From Squalus acanthias (Eukaryota), in assembly GCA_030390025.1 (NCBI GenBank), contig CM059432.1:54562001-54626000 (forward strand): a DNA stretch of 64,000 nt, given 5' to 3'. Numbering within the stretch: position 1 is the stretch's first letter; each line of letters opens with the position of its first letter. Below are positions 1 to 11,069 of this stretch, piece by piece. The position numbers were made by a program, and so were the translations under genes. The notes beneath the pieces were generated by a model. The model was given only the letters and a program-made list of their open reading frames with translations. It was not told the DNA's origin and searched no databases.

Positions 1-61
1 TCCTGTCGATTTGCCACTTAATCGGCTTTGCGTTTTGGGGGATCTGTGAATTTTGAGAATC

Positions 62-230
62 TTTCAAGGGAATTGGATAAGTATCTGAAGGAAATAAATT
101 TGCAGGGCTTCAGGGAAAGGGTGGGGGAGTGAGACTAGCTGAAGTGCTCTTGCAGAGAGCCGGCACAGGCTCGACGGGCCGAATGGCCTTCTTCCATGTT
201 GTAACCATTCTATGACTCTGACTCTATGAT
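62..230 (+). mobile_element. CR1-type LINE, 3' terminal fragment
   Basis: Ends in GGGCCGAATGGCCT...TTCTATGACTCTGACTCTATGAT, matching the 3' tail of the CR1 copy ending near 31605. Confidence 0.8.
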
Positions 231-540
231 CTCTGCACTCCTCTAATTCTGGCCTGTTGCGCATCCCCGATTTCTATCTCCCCACCATTGGTGCTCGTGC
301 CTTCAGCTGCCTAGGCCCTAAGTTCTGGAATTCCCTAAACCTCTCTGCCTCTCTGCCTCTCTCTCCTCCTTTAAGACCCTCCTTAAAATCTACCTCTTTG
401 ACCAAGCTTTAGGTCACCTGTCCTAAAGGCTCTTTACGTGTCTCGGTGTTAAATATTGTTTGATAACACTCCTGTGAAGCGCCTTGGAACGTTTTACTAT
501 GTTAATGGCGCAATATAAATGCAAAGTTGTTGTTGTTGTT
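231..540 (+). mobile_element. L2-type LINE, 3' fragment
   Basis: Same sequence as the reverse complement of 4966-5270; ends in a (GTT)n tail. Confidence 0.8.
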
Positions 541-872
541 CATACTCATATCTGTCCTGCCATCTCCCACATGAGTGATGTCATGGACCAGTAATTATCA
601 GCAGCCTACCATTGAGCATTTGGCAACACCAGTGGCATTGAAGTGGCAACCTCAGTAACATAGACCATAGGCACAGTACAAGGCCTCTCATTGCTCCCAC
701 TGCTGCTATTGCATCTTTGTGACCCAAATCCCAAGAAGCTGTCACGGCTGGCTTCAACACGGTGTTACAAAAGCAAAATACTGCGGATGCTGGAAATCTG
801 AAATAAAAACAGAAAATGCTGGGAATACTCAGCAGGTCAGACAGCATCTGTGGAGAGAGAAACAGAGTTAAC

Positions 873-1616
873 GGCCCAGAAATTGATCTCGCTCTGTTCC
901 CGCGGGGGTAAGGCTTTCCCGCGATCTCTCACCTCGCTTGTGCTTTTTCAGATCCAGCTCGCACGAACTTCATGTTCTAGAGATCAGCTGGGCAGTGCTT
1001 GCGTATCCCAGCGGCGTAGTGAATTCGTGCGAGCTGTGGGATCACGTGACTCAGTTAGAGCCAATGGCAGCACACCATCTTCCATTCATAAGTTTCACAG
1101 CACCCTGTGAAATCTATGAATCTTACACCCCCCCAAAATAACAGCTAAACCTCAATTAAATTAAAAAAAAAAAACATCACATTAATAAAATAAGTATAGT
1201 TAATTAAATTAACCATTTTAAATTAAAAAAATAAATTTTTGAAAAAATTTAAAATCTTTTAAAAAGTTATAAAAATAAACTTACCTGTCTTTAAAGTCTC
1301 TAAAAAAGATATACCTGTAAAAAAAAATTCAAAAAAATACTTAATTCACTACTTACCTTCTTAAAAGCGGGTCTTACTCCTCCTTTTTACATTTCCAAAA
1401 TCTTCCCTACTTACCTGCGCGTCCAAAGCATGAAGTGCACAGCGTGCGCGCAGCCTGTAGCGCGCACGCGATGCACCCAGGACCCGCCCCCTTTTCAGAA
1501 GAGTAATTGCCGGTTTTCAGCGCATGCGCAGGGCATGCAGAAAACCGGCAATTGGAGTGGGAATACGCGAGAGTACGCAGTGCGTACTCTCGCGTCCCGG
1601 GATCAATTTTCGGCCC
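873..1616 (-). mobile_element. PIF/Harbinger-type MITE, family A copy 1 (744 bp)
   Basis: Imperfect 16-bp TIRs GGCCCAGAAATTGATC / GATCAATTTTCGGCCC; 3-bp TSD AAC (870-872, 1617-1619); near-identical inverted copy at 5774-6516. Confidence 0.9.
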
Positions 1617-1643
1617 AACGTTTCAGGTCGATGACCTGTCGTC

Positions 1644-1680
1644 AGTTCTGATGAAAGGCCATCGACCTGAAACGTTAACT
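1644..1680 (+). ncRNA. Minimal type I hammerhead ribozyme motif (Penelope-associated)
   Basis: AGTT-CTGATGA-A-AGGCC(ATC)GACCT-GAAA-CGTT-AACT: conserved CUGANGA and GAAA boxes, stem I AGTT/AACT, stem II with one mismatch, palindromic AACGTT stem III. Confidence 0.65.
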
Positions 1681-1879
1681 CTGTTTCTCTTTCAACACGG
1701 TGTTGTTGGAACCATTGCTCCTCAGGCAGTGTCTGTATGGCAGAGAGCTTACCCAGCACTCGAGTACAAGGTGAGTTGCTTTGCATGAAATCATTGCACT
1801 GCTGGTGCGCAATTAATGAAGCTACTAGATCTCTAGAGGCACCATGAAGCCAAGTGATAGATTTTTTCAGCAGAATCAG

Positions 1880-2095
1880 CCCTTAAAAGCAGAACCTCTC
1901 TATTTAATGAAACAGCTTTGGAGATGCTGCAAAGAACCATGGCCCATTTTGGAGCTGAGAAACAACCTTCTGTGAAGAGCAGCACCATAGCAGCCTTGGT
2001 AGAGGTAGCTGAAAGAGTGAATGCCATTTCCCCATTGCACCGAACTTGGGAGCAAGTGAGGAAGAAATATATTGGCCTCAGGATGAATGCCAAAG
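1880..2095 (+). pseudogene. Degraded Harbinger Myb/SANT-like exon 1 relic
   Basis: Translation ...EVAERVNAISPLHRTWEQVRKKY... resembles the RTWxQCRKxFNDL motif of the other Myb-like copies here. Confidence 0.55.
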
Positions 2096-2512
2096 CAAAT
2101 TTTGTGCACATTTAACTCAATTTTATCATGTTGCCTTACAAAGCAAGTTAAATGCATTAATGTTTTGAGTTTGGCAGGCACTATGGGAGAAACTTTCAAT
2201 TTCGGCAGGGCATAAAATGGCCCGTAGCAGATTGGTTGCCCGTTATACAGCCCGTCCGATCTTCCTTTCCATTCAAGTTAATTACAGCTCCATTAGTTAA
2301 CACCCACAGATGGCAGGTGGGATGTAACTGTGAGAAGGGGTGAATAGCTGCAGCAGTGAAACCCAATTGACATGAAATTGCTTGATTAGCATGCAGTTAC
2401 TTGATACAACAACTCGGAACACAGGAACAGGAGTAGGCCATTCAGTCCATTGAGCCTGTTCCGTCATTCAATGAGATCATGGCTGATCTGCGATCTAACT
2501 CCATATACCTGC

Positions 2513-3240
2513 AATAACAACAGAAAATGCTGGAAACACTCAGCAGGTCAGGCAGCATCCATGGAGAGAGAAAAACAGAGTTACATTTCAGGTCTGAGAC
2601 CCTTCGTCAGAACTGGAAAAAGTTAGAGATGTAACAGATTTTTAAGCAAGTATAGGGGCAGGGAAAGGGAGGAGGGGAGGAAAGAACAAAAGGGAAGGTC
2701 TGTGATAGGATGGAAGGCAGGAGAGATTAAAAGACAAAAGGGATGAAGGTGCAAGGCAAAAGGAGTTGGTAATAGGACAAGTTAAGAAACAAAAGATGAG
2801 TCTAGATGAAGTGTAAATGGCAATGGCAGAATCATCAACAGCTGCCATGTGAGAGATAAATTTAAAAAAATAGGTTATGGTCTGAAATTGTTGAACTCGA
2901 TATTGAGTCCAGAAGGCTGTAAAGTGCCTAATCGGAAGATAAGGTGCTGTTCCTCGAGCTTACGTTGAGCTTCGTTGGATCAGTGTAAGAGGCGAAGAAT
3001 TAAAGTGACAGGCGACCGGAAGCTCGGGGTCATGCTTACGGACTGAACGGAGGTGTTCTGCAAAGCGGTCACCCAATCTCCGTTTGGTCTCCCCAATGTA
3101 GAGCAGACCACATCGTGAGCAGCGAATACAGTACACGAAATTGCAAGAAGTACAAGTAAATCGCTGTTTCACCTGGAAGGAGTGTTTGGGGCCCTGGACA
3201 GTGGGAAGGGAGGAGTTAAAAGGGCAGGTGTTGCATCTCC
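2513..3240 (-). mobile_element. Penelope-like retroelement fragment (GIY-YIG endonuclease C-terminus plus terminal region)
   Basis: FVYCIRCSRCGLLYIGETKRRLGDRFAEH...VACHFN motif; flanked by a 7-bp duplication TACCTGC (2506-2512, 3241-3247). Confidence 0.88.
2579..2614 (-). ncRNA. Degenerate minimal hammerhead ribozyme motif
   Basis: Minus strand AGTT-CTGACGA-A-GGGTC(TCA)GACCT-GAAA-TGT-AACT; stem III is mutated relative to 1644-1680. Confidence 0.5.
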
Positions 3241-3550
3241 TACCTGCCTTTGGCCCATATCCTTTAATACCTTTGGGTAACAAAAAGCTATCAATCTCCA
3301 ATTTAAAATTAACAATTGATCTAGCATCAATTGCCATTTGCAGAAAAGAGTTCCAAACTTCTACCACCCTTTGTGTGTAGAAGTGTTTCCTAATTTCACT
3401 CCTGAAAGGTCTGGCTCTAATTTTTAGACAATGCCCCCTAGTCCTAGACTCCCCAACCAGTGTAAATAGTTTCTCTCTATCTACTCTATCTGTTCCCCTT
3501 AATATCCTGAAAACTTCGATCAGATCACCCCTTAACCTTCTAAATTCTAG

Positions 3551-3692
3551 GGAATACAATCCTAAGAGGAATACAACCCTAAGAGGAATACAACCCTAAG
3601 AGGAATACAACCGGTTATTGTGCGACTTCTCACTTTTGTCCTCCCCAGTCCAACACCGGCATCTCCGCATCAGGAATACAACCCTAAGAGGA
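3551..3692. repeat. 17-bp tandem repeat (GGAATACAACCCTAAGA) interrupted by a 59-bp insert
   Basis: Three full units plus partial units at the 5' truncation point of the CR1; insert 3613-3671 is flanked by a duplicated AGGAATACAACC. Confidence 0.85.
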
Positions 3693-4555
3693 CTCTGCTT
3701 CAATTTTTTTAAAGTTTTTTTTCATAGCATGTTGTTCAGACTCTGCATTATGGGGCAAGAACCTCATTAATATTTTCCATTAGGCTTTAATGAACCTAGT
3801 GCTTATCTGCTACACAAGCTCTCATTTTCACCGGCACACCACAAACCTCAGGGCCTGGAATTTCCAGTGGGTGTGCACCGACAATTATGCCCATTCCTGT
3901 GCCCATTATGCCGATGTCAAATTACGCTCAAATTTCCTGCCAATCTCATTAGCATACGCCCGAACCTAGAATGGGTGTAAATCAGCATAAATGGCCAGCG
4001 TGGTTTAAATATAATTGGAACATAATTAATGGGGCCACAAGGTGTTAGGATGGAGGACTATCAAAGTGTGAGGGGAAAGAAATTCCTTCAGAGTGAGACT
4101 GGGAAGTGCAAAGTAAGTAGCATACGACGCGCTGTCATAAAGATTTTAATTAATTCATTTAAATTGTTCCGTAGAGTATCTCCATTATCTCAAATCTTTC
4201 CCTTCTCACAGATGACTGATTCATAGGAGAAGGCTGACAGTAAGAGGGTCTTTAACTTCACGGAGGGCAACCTGCAGGCCCTCTTGGCTGAGATAGAGGA
4301 AAGGCAGGACTGGCTCCTCAGCTTCCATAAATCCCAGTCCTGCTGTGCGGTCAGGATGGCAGGCATAGATGGAGGTGACAGAAGCACTCAGTGCCACAAC
4401 CATAGTGCCCAGGATAGCAGAGCAGTACCACAAGAAATTCAATAACCTGACCAGGTAAGATAAGACACTCATCATGCTCTCTCATCCACTTTGGGCACCA
4501 TACTTAAGTCTCTGAGGCAGAACTAGTTGATCAGCAAAAACTCCCCAGAAAGATA

Positions 4556-4919
4556 CAGGAAACTCTTTATTAACCGGCACCGACGGGACCGGCGTGGTGC
4601 CGGTTAATCAAAAAGTCCGGATAATGGAGAGTTATATCTCCCAACGTACGAGAGCCCCGTACACATTGACATGCGCCTGCATTCGGAGCTCCGTCTCCCC
4701 GGGGACCGCCAGCTGACCATCTGTCGTGTCCGCTGCCTACCCGGGCTGCACATTCCCCCCCCAATCTACACGCTCCGATACAAGGCAAACGCCTCGGGGT
4801 TTTTTTTAAAGTTAATTTTAAACGAGAGATGAAGGAAAACCCCGGTTACCTACTCAAGAATTTTGCCGGTTAAGAGAGATTTCCGGATATTTGGGTGCCG
4901 GTTAATAAAGAGTTTCCTG
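4556..4919. mobile_element. Tc1/mariner superfamily (pogo/Tigger-like) MITE, 364 bp
   Basis: Perfect 26-bp TIR CAGGAAACTCTTTATTAACCGGCACC; TA TSD at 4554-4555 and 4920-4921. Confidence 0.9.
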
Positions 4920-4965
4920 TACAGACCAGTAGCACCTTCAATTGTTCCACACATTCAAACGACTG

Positions 4966-6665
4966 CAACAACAACAACAAATTGCATTTATATAGCACCT
5001 TTAACATCGTAAAACGTCCCAAGGCGCTGCGCAGGAGCGTTATCAAACAAAATTTGACACCGAGCCACATAAGGAGATATTAGGGCAGATGACCAAAAGC
5101 TTGGTCAAAGAGGTAGGTTTTAAGGAGCGTCTTAAGGGAGGAAAGTGAGGTAGAGAGGTTTAGGGATGGAATTCCAGAGCTTAGGGCCTCGACAGCTGAA
5201 GGCACGACTGCCAATGTTGATGCGATTAAAATTGGGGATGGGCAAGAGGCCAGAATTGGAAGAGCGCAGACATCTCGGAGGGTTGTAGGGCTGGAGGAGG
5301 TTACAGAGATAGGGAGGAGCGAGGCCATGGAGGGATTTGAAAACAAAGATGAGAATTTTTAAATTGAGGCGTTGCTTAACCAGGAGCCAATGTAGGTCAG
5401 CGAGCACAGGGGTGATGGGCGAACGGGACTTGGTGCGAATTAGGATACAGGCAGCAGAGATTTGGATGAGCTTAAGTTTATGGAGGGTGGCAGATGGGAG
5501 GCTGGCCAGGAGTGCATTGGAAGAGTCAAGTAACAAAGGTATGGATGAGGGTTTCAGCAGCAGATGAACTGAGGCAGGATCAGAGTTTGGCAATGTTACG
5601 AAGGTGGAAGTAGGCAGTCTTAGTGGGGCACGGATATATGGTTGGAAACTTATCTCAGGATCAAATATGACACCAAGGCTCCGAACAGTCTGGTTCAGCT
5701 TCAGACAGTTGCCAAGGAATGATATGGAGTCGGTGGCTGAGGAGCAGAGTGTGTGGTGGGGATCGAAGATATTGGGCCAAAAATTGATCCCGCTGCGCGA
5801 GAGTACGCACTGCGTACTCTCGCGTATTCTCTCTCCAATTGCCGGTTTTCTGCATGCACTGCGCATGCGCTGAAAACCGGCACTTGGTCTTTGGAAAAGG
5901 GGGCGGTTCCTCGGTGCACCGCGTGCGCGCTACAGGCTGCGCGCACGCAGTGCACTTAGTGCTTTGGACACGCAGGTAAGGACGGAAGATTTTAGAAATG
6001 AAAAAAGGAGGAGTAAGACCCACTTTTAACAAGGTAAGTAGTGAATTAAGTATTATTTTGAATTTTTTTTAACAGGTATATCTTTTTTAGAGACTTTAAA
6101 GACAGGTAAGTTTATTTTTATAACTTTTTAAAAGATTTTAAATTTTTTCAAAAATTTAATTTTTTATTTAAAATGGTTAATTTATTTAACTATACTTATT
6201 TTATTAATGTGATGTTTTTTTTTAAAATTTAATTGAGGTTTAGCTGTTATTTTGGGGGGGTGTAAGATTCATAGCTTTCACAGCACGTATGTGAAACTTA
6301 TGAATGGAAGATGGTGTGCTGCCATTGGCTCTAACTGAGTCACGTGATCCCACAGCTCGCACGAATTCACTACGCCGGTGGGATACGCAAGCACTGCCCA
6401 GCTGATGTCTGGAACATCAAGTTCGTGCGAGCTGGATCTGAAAAAGCCAACGCGGAGTGAGAGATCGCGCCTGCTCCTTACCCCCGCGGGAACAGAGCGA
6501 GATCAATTTCTGGGCCAATGGCTTCGGTCTTCTCAATATTTAGTTGGAGCAAATTTCTGCTCATCCAGTACTGGATATCGGACAAGCAATCTGACAATTT
6601 AGAGACAGTAGAGGGGTCGAGAGTGATGGTGGCAAGGTAGAGCCAGGTATCATCAGCATACATGC
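4966..6665 (-). mobile_element. L2 LINE 3' portion (RT C-terminus), split by a MITE
   Basis: YADDT motif near 6650; SLGVIFD; PITPVLADLHWL; GSRAFS..GPKLWNS; (GTT)n tail at 4966-4980. Confidence 0.9.
5774..6516 (+). mobile_element. PIF/Harbinger-type MITE, family A copy 2 (743 bp)
   Basis: TIRs GGGCCAAAAATTGATC / GATCAATTTCTGGGCC; flanks ATT/AAT (TSD with one mismatch); removing it restores the L2. Confidence 0.9.
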
Positions 6666-8370
6666 AAACCTAATTATTCTCTTTGTCCTTTCAGGGTAAG
6701 ATGGCACACATCGCACGGGAGAGAACAAAGAGTGGGGGTGGGGGGTGGTCCGAAACCTCTGCGCCCTGAGATCTCATCATGAGGACAAGGCGGTGGAGTA
6801 GCTGGGCTGCAGCACCACTGTGGCTACAGTGGAGGCCAAGGTGGGGAGTCCAGAGCCAGCTGAGTACCTGTCCACCTGCTATCTATCAATGCTCCAGGAC
6901 AGTGGCCCAGCATTCCCCTAACCAACACTCCCCCCCCCCACCCCCACCCCCACCCCCCGCCCCCCACCCCAGGGCATCTCAGCATGGACAAAGGTAACCA
7001 TTCAAACGCTCTGCTTTTTCTTCCCATAGGTAATTCAAGATGCTAGAAGTTAATCGCTGTGGAGGAGGAGGATTGGCTGGTGGAGGAAGAGGAGGTTTAG
7101 GAGGGGGTGAGGCAGGGGAAGAGGGTGACGGAGCAACTTCCGGAGTAGCTGGAAAATGCGGACCCTGGTTTTGGTGAACAACTTATCTCCATTGAGCTGC
7201 CAGATGAGGGGGTAATGAAAAACCAGAGCCACACACCTCTGCTCTTTCCTGGGAGTGCACCCTCCCCCTTATCTTCAGGCTACCTCTAAACTCACTCAGA
7301 ATCACCCAGCTCTCCTCAACCACATACCAGCGCGGACACGTTCCGCCGGAGCGAATGAGAGCCTCAAGGCTAGGTGGGCACTCAGTGTCACAATTCAGTT
7401 TCGGGCACGGGAAGACTCTGAGGAGGTGGAGGATGTCGCCACCTCTCCAGAGAGACCAGCTAGAAAGCAGCCATGTCCTGGTGAGTCAGTGAAGTCTGAT
7501 TTGATGGCTGCAGGCTTGCAGGCTTGAAGAGGCCCCAGCTGGGGCAACATCAGAAGGGTATGAGGACTCTGGGATCCATTAGCAGTAACATGGAGCTTCT
7601 CACAGGTGTGGCCTCAGAGTCTGCTGTCATGCTGAGAACCAACATTGCACAGGCAGTGTTAGAGGTCCAAGAACCACCTCCGCAGGTGGTGGCTGCATTG
7701 AGACATCTAGCAGGTCCCCCGATAGGGGACAGTGAAGGAGCAGTCAAGGCTTCCAACTTGATGGAAGCTCAGACTTCTGCTCTTGAGGCTTTGGGTGACA
7801 GACGAGAGGGCACAATGAATCATGGCTTTCTGTCTCTTACTGTGGCCTTGTGGGATCTGACGGCTGCCATCGTGCCAGTCATCAGACTGATAATTGGGGC
7901 CACAGATCAAGACCGCAGTAGAAGGGCAGCTGGTATGATCCAAGTGCCTGCTGCTGCCACCTCTCTGGGCAGCAGCACCAGCCTGGGCTCCGGCCTTCTA
8001 ACAGCAGGCATGGTGCCACCTTTACACGGCAGACTGCATGAGCAAACTCCGGATCTCCCTTCAGGGATGCAGCCAGGAGCGGCCCTGGTCTAGGAGCATA
8101 CGGCTGTCAGGATGGACTGCCACAGGCCCATGACTCATCAGCCTGGCATCCTTCCACCATCCTTCCCGCCTTTCCGGTCCCGAGTTTACTGGGACACAGC
8201 GCAGAGCAGCAGCTGGCCGAAGGGCTTGTCTAGGAGCCAGGGCCAAGTGGGGTGTCTGGAGGGAGTAGGGGGAATTGAATTCCCGTCTCTTTTTGCTATT
8301 TGCACCAATTTCATATGCCTCCGGACGCAAATACATAGGAAATTCCAAGCTCAGGTGTTAACACCCAAGT

Positions 8371-8462
8371 GGATAGATTTTGACTTTGTGTGTTAGTGTA
8401 AAATGGGTGATAGTGAATCAGCAGCCCATTTTACACTATCACGCAAAGTCAATATAACCCCC
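8371..8462. mobile_element. Tiny palindromic Harbinger-type MITE (92 bp)
   Basis: Long inverted arms TTGACTTTG..TAGTGTAAAATGGG / CCCATTTTACACTA..CAAAGTCAA; AGT on both flanks; related to 55257-55409. Confidence 0.7.
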
Positions 8463-8513
8463 AGTAATACATTTGCCAGTTTGTATCAATGCTATGGGCG
8501 ACAAACATAGACT

Positions 8514-9252
8514 GGCCCGGATTTTGCGGTCGGAGGCGTAATTACGGATTACATCGCCGGCATGTTGCGAGTCCCCAAACGAAAGTTGCTGTCAGGCGCT
8601 GCAGAGTTGAACGCAGCATAGTGGCCCACAGAACCTAGGGGTGCACCGCATGCGGAAGCGTACCTGGGATCACGTGGGCCGGTGCTCCAATCAGATTGTA
8701 CATTTTCAAATGACTCAAATGGAATGGCTTTGGAGAAAGGCCAGGGATCAAGTCACTTACCTATCATCTTCGCTGTAGATGGTTCATGGCCAGCTGGCTC
8801 CAGTTTGGAAAAAGGGAGAAAGTAAGATTGCTGTGGAGCCCTCATAATAAAACAATGTTATCATATAATGCAATAATATTCATTGCTGAACTGGTTTTTC
8901 TTCTAAATCCTGTTTAAGTGTCAAAGTCTGCAGACAGCTAATAACCCTTAAGGGAAAGGATTTTCACCAAAATGAAGATTTTTTTATTGACAGCTATCCC
9001 CTTACGCTGTGCAAACAGGCTGCTGCACCTGTTTGCACCAGCCATAAAATTTTCAGGTGTAATTGCTGGGCAGTTGGTGGGCAATTAGCCCAACTTTGCG
9101 CCAGCAATTAGGATTTCAATGTCGGAGCGGATGATCTGTCAAATCAGAACTTGCAAGTGTATGCGGAAATCCCGAATATGCTGTCCATTTCAAAGGAGGT
9201 ATGATGGCGTACTCTGAGAGTATGCCATCATACCGACCGCAAAATCCGGGCC
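8514..9252. mobile_element. Harbinger-type MITE, family B
   Basis: Perfect 20-bp TIR GGCCCGGATTTTGCGGTCGG; no clean TSD. Confidence 0.75.
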
Positions 9253-10204
9253 AACATTATCGGCCCCCATGTGTACTGCTGCACAGCACTGATGGGCACT
9301 TTAAGCAGCTGATTAATGCTGAGTAGGATTCCGCTCAGCTGATCTGGGACTAAATGAATGGACCGAAATAAAGCAGGGATATTAAAATCAGCTGACTTTA
9401 ATAGGTGATATTTATGCACTGATATTAAGAGGAGAGGCTGAGAGCTGCTAATTAATCAGTCATTTATGTACCTGTTAGCACTGAACAGGAGTTGTAGGAG
9501 TGCAGGAGAAACTAATTAGTGCATATTTTATATAAATTGATTTTGGCAACTAAGTTTGGACTTTCCATCCGTATGGTCGCTATAAGTGGATTCTACTGTT
9601 TGCAGGACAGAAAAAGAAATGACTAAAAGCATTAAAAATACAGTATTGATTTCTTTACTAATACACCAATCATGGCCGTACACTTGCAAAATAAAGAGGA
9701 ATGATCTGTGAGCTAACCTTGCTTCATTGGCAAGGCAAGGTCCCTGGCACAAAGCATTGCAAAATTCACCCTCATATTAATATTACAGGTTTCAAATTAG
9801 ATTTAAATATATAACCCGCATAACTTTCCAAAACCCCAGACACTTTTGAAATGAGCCCTCTGACATTATTTAGAATTATGAAAATCACTTTTAAGTGTCT
9901 GGTAGTATTATGTGTGTGTGTGTGTGAATGTTATTAGAATCCCTTGTTTCATTATTATGTATCATATGTGGTCAGTTCCTAGTCTTCCATTCCTTTACAG
10001 TAATTGAAATTCACTTGTTTGCATGCAAAACTATAACATTTACTAGAAAATTCCCTGGAGTTCAGCAATTAGGGAGAAATTTTATGCGCCTATTGACAGT
10101 TTGCTGAATGCTAAAATGGTTTCATTCTGGTTGGTTTCTGTTGTCGTGGCAGGAATTTAAATCCAAAAGTTAAGGTGTATATGGCTGAAGTAACTATACA
10201 TAAC

Positions 10205-10276
10205 CTGTAGAGTCTTGTGATAGTTAATACTGCATTTAAAAGTGAAGTTAGGTGTTTTTGCAGTTCAGGCAAGTCC
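10205..10276 (-). other. Candidate host coding exon (72 nt; DLPELQKHLTSLLNAVLTITRLY)
   Basis: Strong acceptor TTTTGTTTTTTCCAG, donor CAG|GTTATG, only one open frame, non-repetitive context; protein not recognised. Confidence 0.35.
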
Positions 10277-11069
10277 CTGGAAAAAACAAAATTCCACTTT
10301 ACAAAAAGCACGTTCATGAATTCACTACAAATAGCGAACAAAGGAAATGTTAACTGCTTCCCCAATATTGGCTACCAGAAAAGTTTGCAAAGTAGTTTTC
10401 AGGTGTGGAGTATTTTCTTTCACTGAACTTAAAACAAGTCATTTGATTTAGCACTGAGAAAATTGGTGATGAAGTGATAGTATCCCTCTGCCAAATGTTT
10501 ATATATTTGTTAAAATTATATACCAATTATAAGTGAGGCAAAAGCATCAAAATAGAAACCAGGGGATCCACAAGATATGCTTTTGCCTTATTTATAATTG
10601 TATTTTTCTTTCTTTTCCTTTCCACATCAATCCTTTGTTCCAATTCTGTAGTTGGTTTAGAACTCTACAACCTGGTGTCTCTTCCCTCATTAAATTGCAA
10701 ATTTCAACTTCGGGAATATCTCACATGTGGAAAGGAAAAGAAAGAAAAAAACCTGCATTTAAGGACCACTGGTTAAGCCATTCTAAATCCAGAAGAACTA
10801 GTTGAGCTTGTGCAGTGCAAGCGCCGTGTAGTTGCTGTCCAATTTCACATCACGTCTTACAACCAGCATAGGACCCCAATTTATGTAACCAAATCAGCCT
10901 GCCGCCTGTTTCAAGTGGGCGCCCTGGGAAACTAAAAGTCGCTTGATTCAATTTTGCGTGATGCGCACTTCCAGAGTCAATGGGGCGTGGGAGATCGTGA
11001 CATGATTTTGGACCCCGTTTAGTCTATTTCATGCTCAAAAAACATCCACATCAATGTCAAATTTCTCCC

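Larger units (their letters stand above)
767..1690. mobile_element. Penelope-like terminal (pLTR) fragment with inverted end, interrupted by a MITE
   Basis: Flanked by a 14-bp direct repeat TTCAACACGGTGTT (753-766 and 1691-1704); similar to the terminus of the GIY-YIG element at 2513-2616; palindromic AACGTTTCAGGTCGATGACC...GGCCATCGACCTGAAACGTT. Confidence 0.75.
2415..3560 (-). mobile_element. CR1 LINE 3' fragment split by a Penelope insertion
   Basis: ORF2 C-terminus YSLEFRRLRGDLIEVF...FYTQRVVEVWNS at 3247-3559; the 3' UTR continues at 2415-2512. Confidence 0.85.
3852..8351 (+). mobile_element. Old non-autonomous Harbinger element carrying only a degraded Myb-like gene; hosts three nested insertions
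   Basis: TIRs GGCCTGGAATTTCC / GGAAATTCCAAGCT with TSD CAG (3849-3851, 8352-8354); Myb exon-1 relic ~4215-4453 (KKFNNLT then GTAAG), exon 2/3 relics ~6695-8260. Confidence 0.7.

Noticed and set aside
3551..3692. Repeat-spacer-repeat pattern resembling a mini CRISPR array
   Set aside because: Repeats are 17 bp and directly tandem, there is only one insert explained by a target duplication, the context is eukaryotic and no cas genes are present
8755..8830. Host exon ending in AG|GTAAGT on the minus strand
   Set aside because: Lies inside the TIR-bounded MITE 8514-9252; such donor motifs are common inside these MITEs
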